Below the pieces are notes generated by a model that was given only the letters and a program-made list of their open reading frames with translations, did not search any database and was not told the origin of the DNA. From assembly GCA_038087875.1 (NCBI GenBank), contig JAXLNO010000600.1:310001-374000 (forward strand): 64,000 bases of DNA, in the 5' to 3' direction. Position 1 is the first letter of the stretch. Every line of letters begins with the position of its first letter. The position numbers and the translations under genes are program-made. The stretch comes from Malacoraja senta (Eukaryota). Below are positions 62,200 to 64,000 of the stretch, piece after piece.

Positions 62200-63170
62200 A
62201 GCGATATTGCAACAATGAACTTAGGAGGTCGTGTTGCAGTTGTATAACACGCTGGTGAGGCCGCATTTAGAGATTTGTGTTAAGTTTTGGGCACCATGTT
62301 ATAAGAAAGATGTTGTCTTTGCCCCATATCATGTATCTATACACTGTAAATGCATTGATTGTAATCATGTATTGTCTTTCCGCTGACTGGTTAGCACGCA
62401 ACAAAAGCTTTTCACTGTACCTCGGTACACATGACGATAAACTGAACTGAACTGAATGGAACTCGAGCTCGAAAGATTGCAGAGAAGATTTACGAGGATG
62501 TTGCCAGGACTCAAAGTGGCCTGAGCTGTAGGGAGAGGTTGAGCAGGCTAGGACTCTATTCCTTGGAGCACAGGATCTTTTAGAGATGTGCAAAATCACT
62601 AGAGGAATAAATCGGGAAGACGCAGAGTCTCTTGCCCAGAATAAGAATAAGGAGTAAGCCATTTAGAACGGAGACGAGGAAACACTTTTTCTCACAGAGT
62701 GGTGAGTCTGTGGAATTCTCTGCCTCAGAGGGTGGTGGAGGCCGGTTCTCTGGATGCTTTCAAGAGAGAGCTAGATAGGGCTCTTAAAGATAGCGGAGTC
62801 AGGGGATATGGGGAGAAGGCAGGAACGGGGAACTGATTGGGGATGATCAGCCATGATCATATTGAATGGCGGTGCTGGCTCGAAGGGCCAAATGGCCTAC
62901 TCCTGCACCTATTGTCTATTGTCTATAGTAGGGGAATCTGAGAGGTAACTTTTTCACTCAAAGGGCGGTAGATGTATGGATAGAGCTGCCGGAGGAGGTA
63001 ATTGAGGCAGGTACTATTGCAACGTTCATGAGACATTTGGACAGGTACATGGATAGGACAGGTTTAGAGGAATATGGACCAAACACAGGCAGGTGGGACT
63101 AGTGTAGATGGCCGGTGTTGACAAATTGGGCCGATGGGCCTGTTTCCACGCTGTATCACTCTGTGATTTT
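62200..63170 (+). mobile_element. Degenerate CR1 with nested inserts, including a young CR1 at ~62640-62925
   Basis: LVRPHLE and QRRFTRMLPGL remnants and a CR1 3' UTR. Confidence 0.75.
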
Positions 63171-64000
63171 ATGAAGCTTTCTTGCAAAATCATGAGGTTT
63201 CTACACAAGGACTACAACATCACAGGGTACTGATTAGTTCCAATATTCCTGGCCCTAGAATCCGTACACTCACACTCCTGGCCCCACTTCATTGGCCGTA
63301 AAAGACCTTCGGGAAGTTCTGAAGTTGAGAAGGTACTATAGATGTTTCAGTCTTTCTCGGCCCTTTTAAGAAGCAATCCAATAGAATTATCAATAGAGTG
63401 GTGCATGTGGAAGGAATGGAAGCCAACTTAATTATTCCTCATTCCTTTTCAGGCTCTTTATATCCTCTTCCCAACTTGCTAACCGATCTAGTTTTATGAT
63501 TAGTAAATCTGGCTACAGTACATTCGGACCTTCATCCAAGTCTTATAGATAGTTGGAGCCCCAACATTGATCACCACGGCACCTTACTGATGGTCAATGC
63601 CAAAATGAACCACTTATTCCAGTTCTGTTTTCTATAAGTTAGCCAATCTTCTATACATGCCATTGTTTTGTCCCCATCCTGTGTACTCAAATGCTGTAAT
63701 TCTTGTGTCATCTTCTTGAAAGCTTTCTGCAAATCCAATATCCACCCTGTTGCATTCTAAAGACCTCCAGTATGTTTGCCAAACATTATATGTCTGGTGT
63801 AGCTCTGGCTAGGAATACCGAATCACCGCCCCATATCCTGTTTCGCATTCTTCTTCTTTTAATATATTCTTAGATTTAACTGGTCAGTCCGCACATTGTT
63901 TGTATGCAAAAGTTCTATGCCTGATTTGCCTATTTGACAATTAACTTATTCTGGGAATTATTCCATGTTTGAAGAATGGGAACATTACGATAGTGAGATA

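Noticed and set aside
55986..64000. ABCB6 exon 8 (VKYY.. expected)
   Set aside because: No matching exon found by eye; presumably downstream of the window

Overview
Eukaryotic, repeat-dense genomic DNA, most likely from a cartilaginous fish (skate or ray). This is inferred from HE1/V-SINE-type tRNA SINEs and from CR1, Rex1/Babar and Penelope repeats. The only host gene I can support is the 5' half of ABCB6 on the + strand: seven coding exons between 10218 and 55985, all GT-AG and phase-compatible, with the rest beyond the window. Upstream lie the 3' part of a Ty3/Gypsy LTR retrotransposon (pol, PPT, 3' LTR) and a CpG-rich candidate promoter near 6.1-6.6 kb. The introns hold a structurally complete but frameshifted DIRS1-type tyrosine-recombinase retrotransposon, many LINE fragments, two PIF/Harbinger-type MITEs and many short Penelope-derived elements. 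The least obvious signals are RNA structures. One is a minimal HDV/CPEB3-like ribozyme fold heading a ~170-bp retroelement with a target-site duplication (TSD). A second HDV-like fold in an RTE-type element has been split by a Rex1 insertion. Hammerhead cores recur in the Penelope-derived repeats. Also notable are a perfect 111-bp duplication around an L1 3' end and an apparent 9-nt shift of an ABCB6 intron. Repeat boundaries were read by eye and are approximate unless stated; family names come from motif recognition, not database searches.
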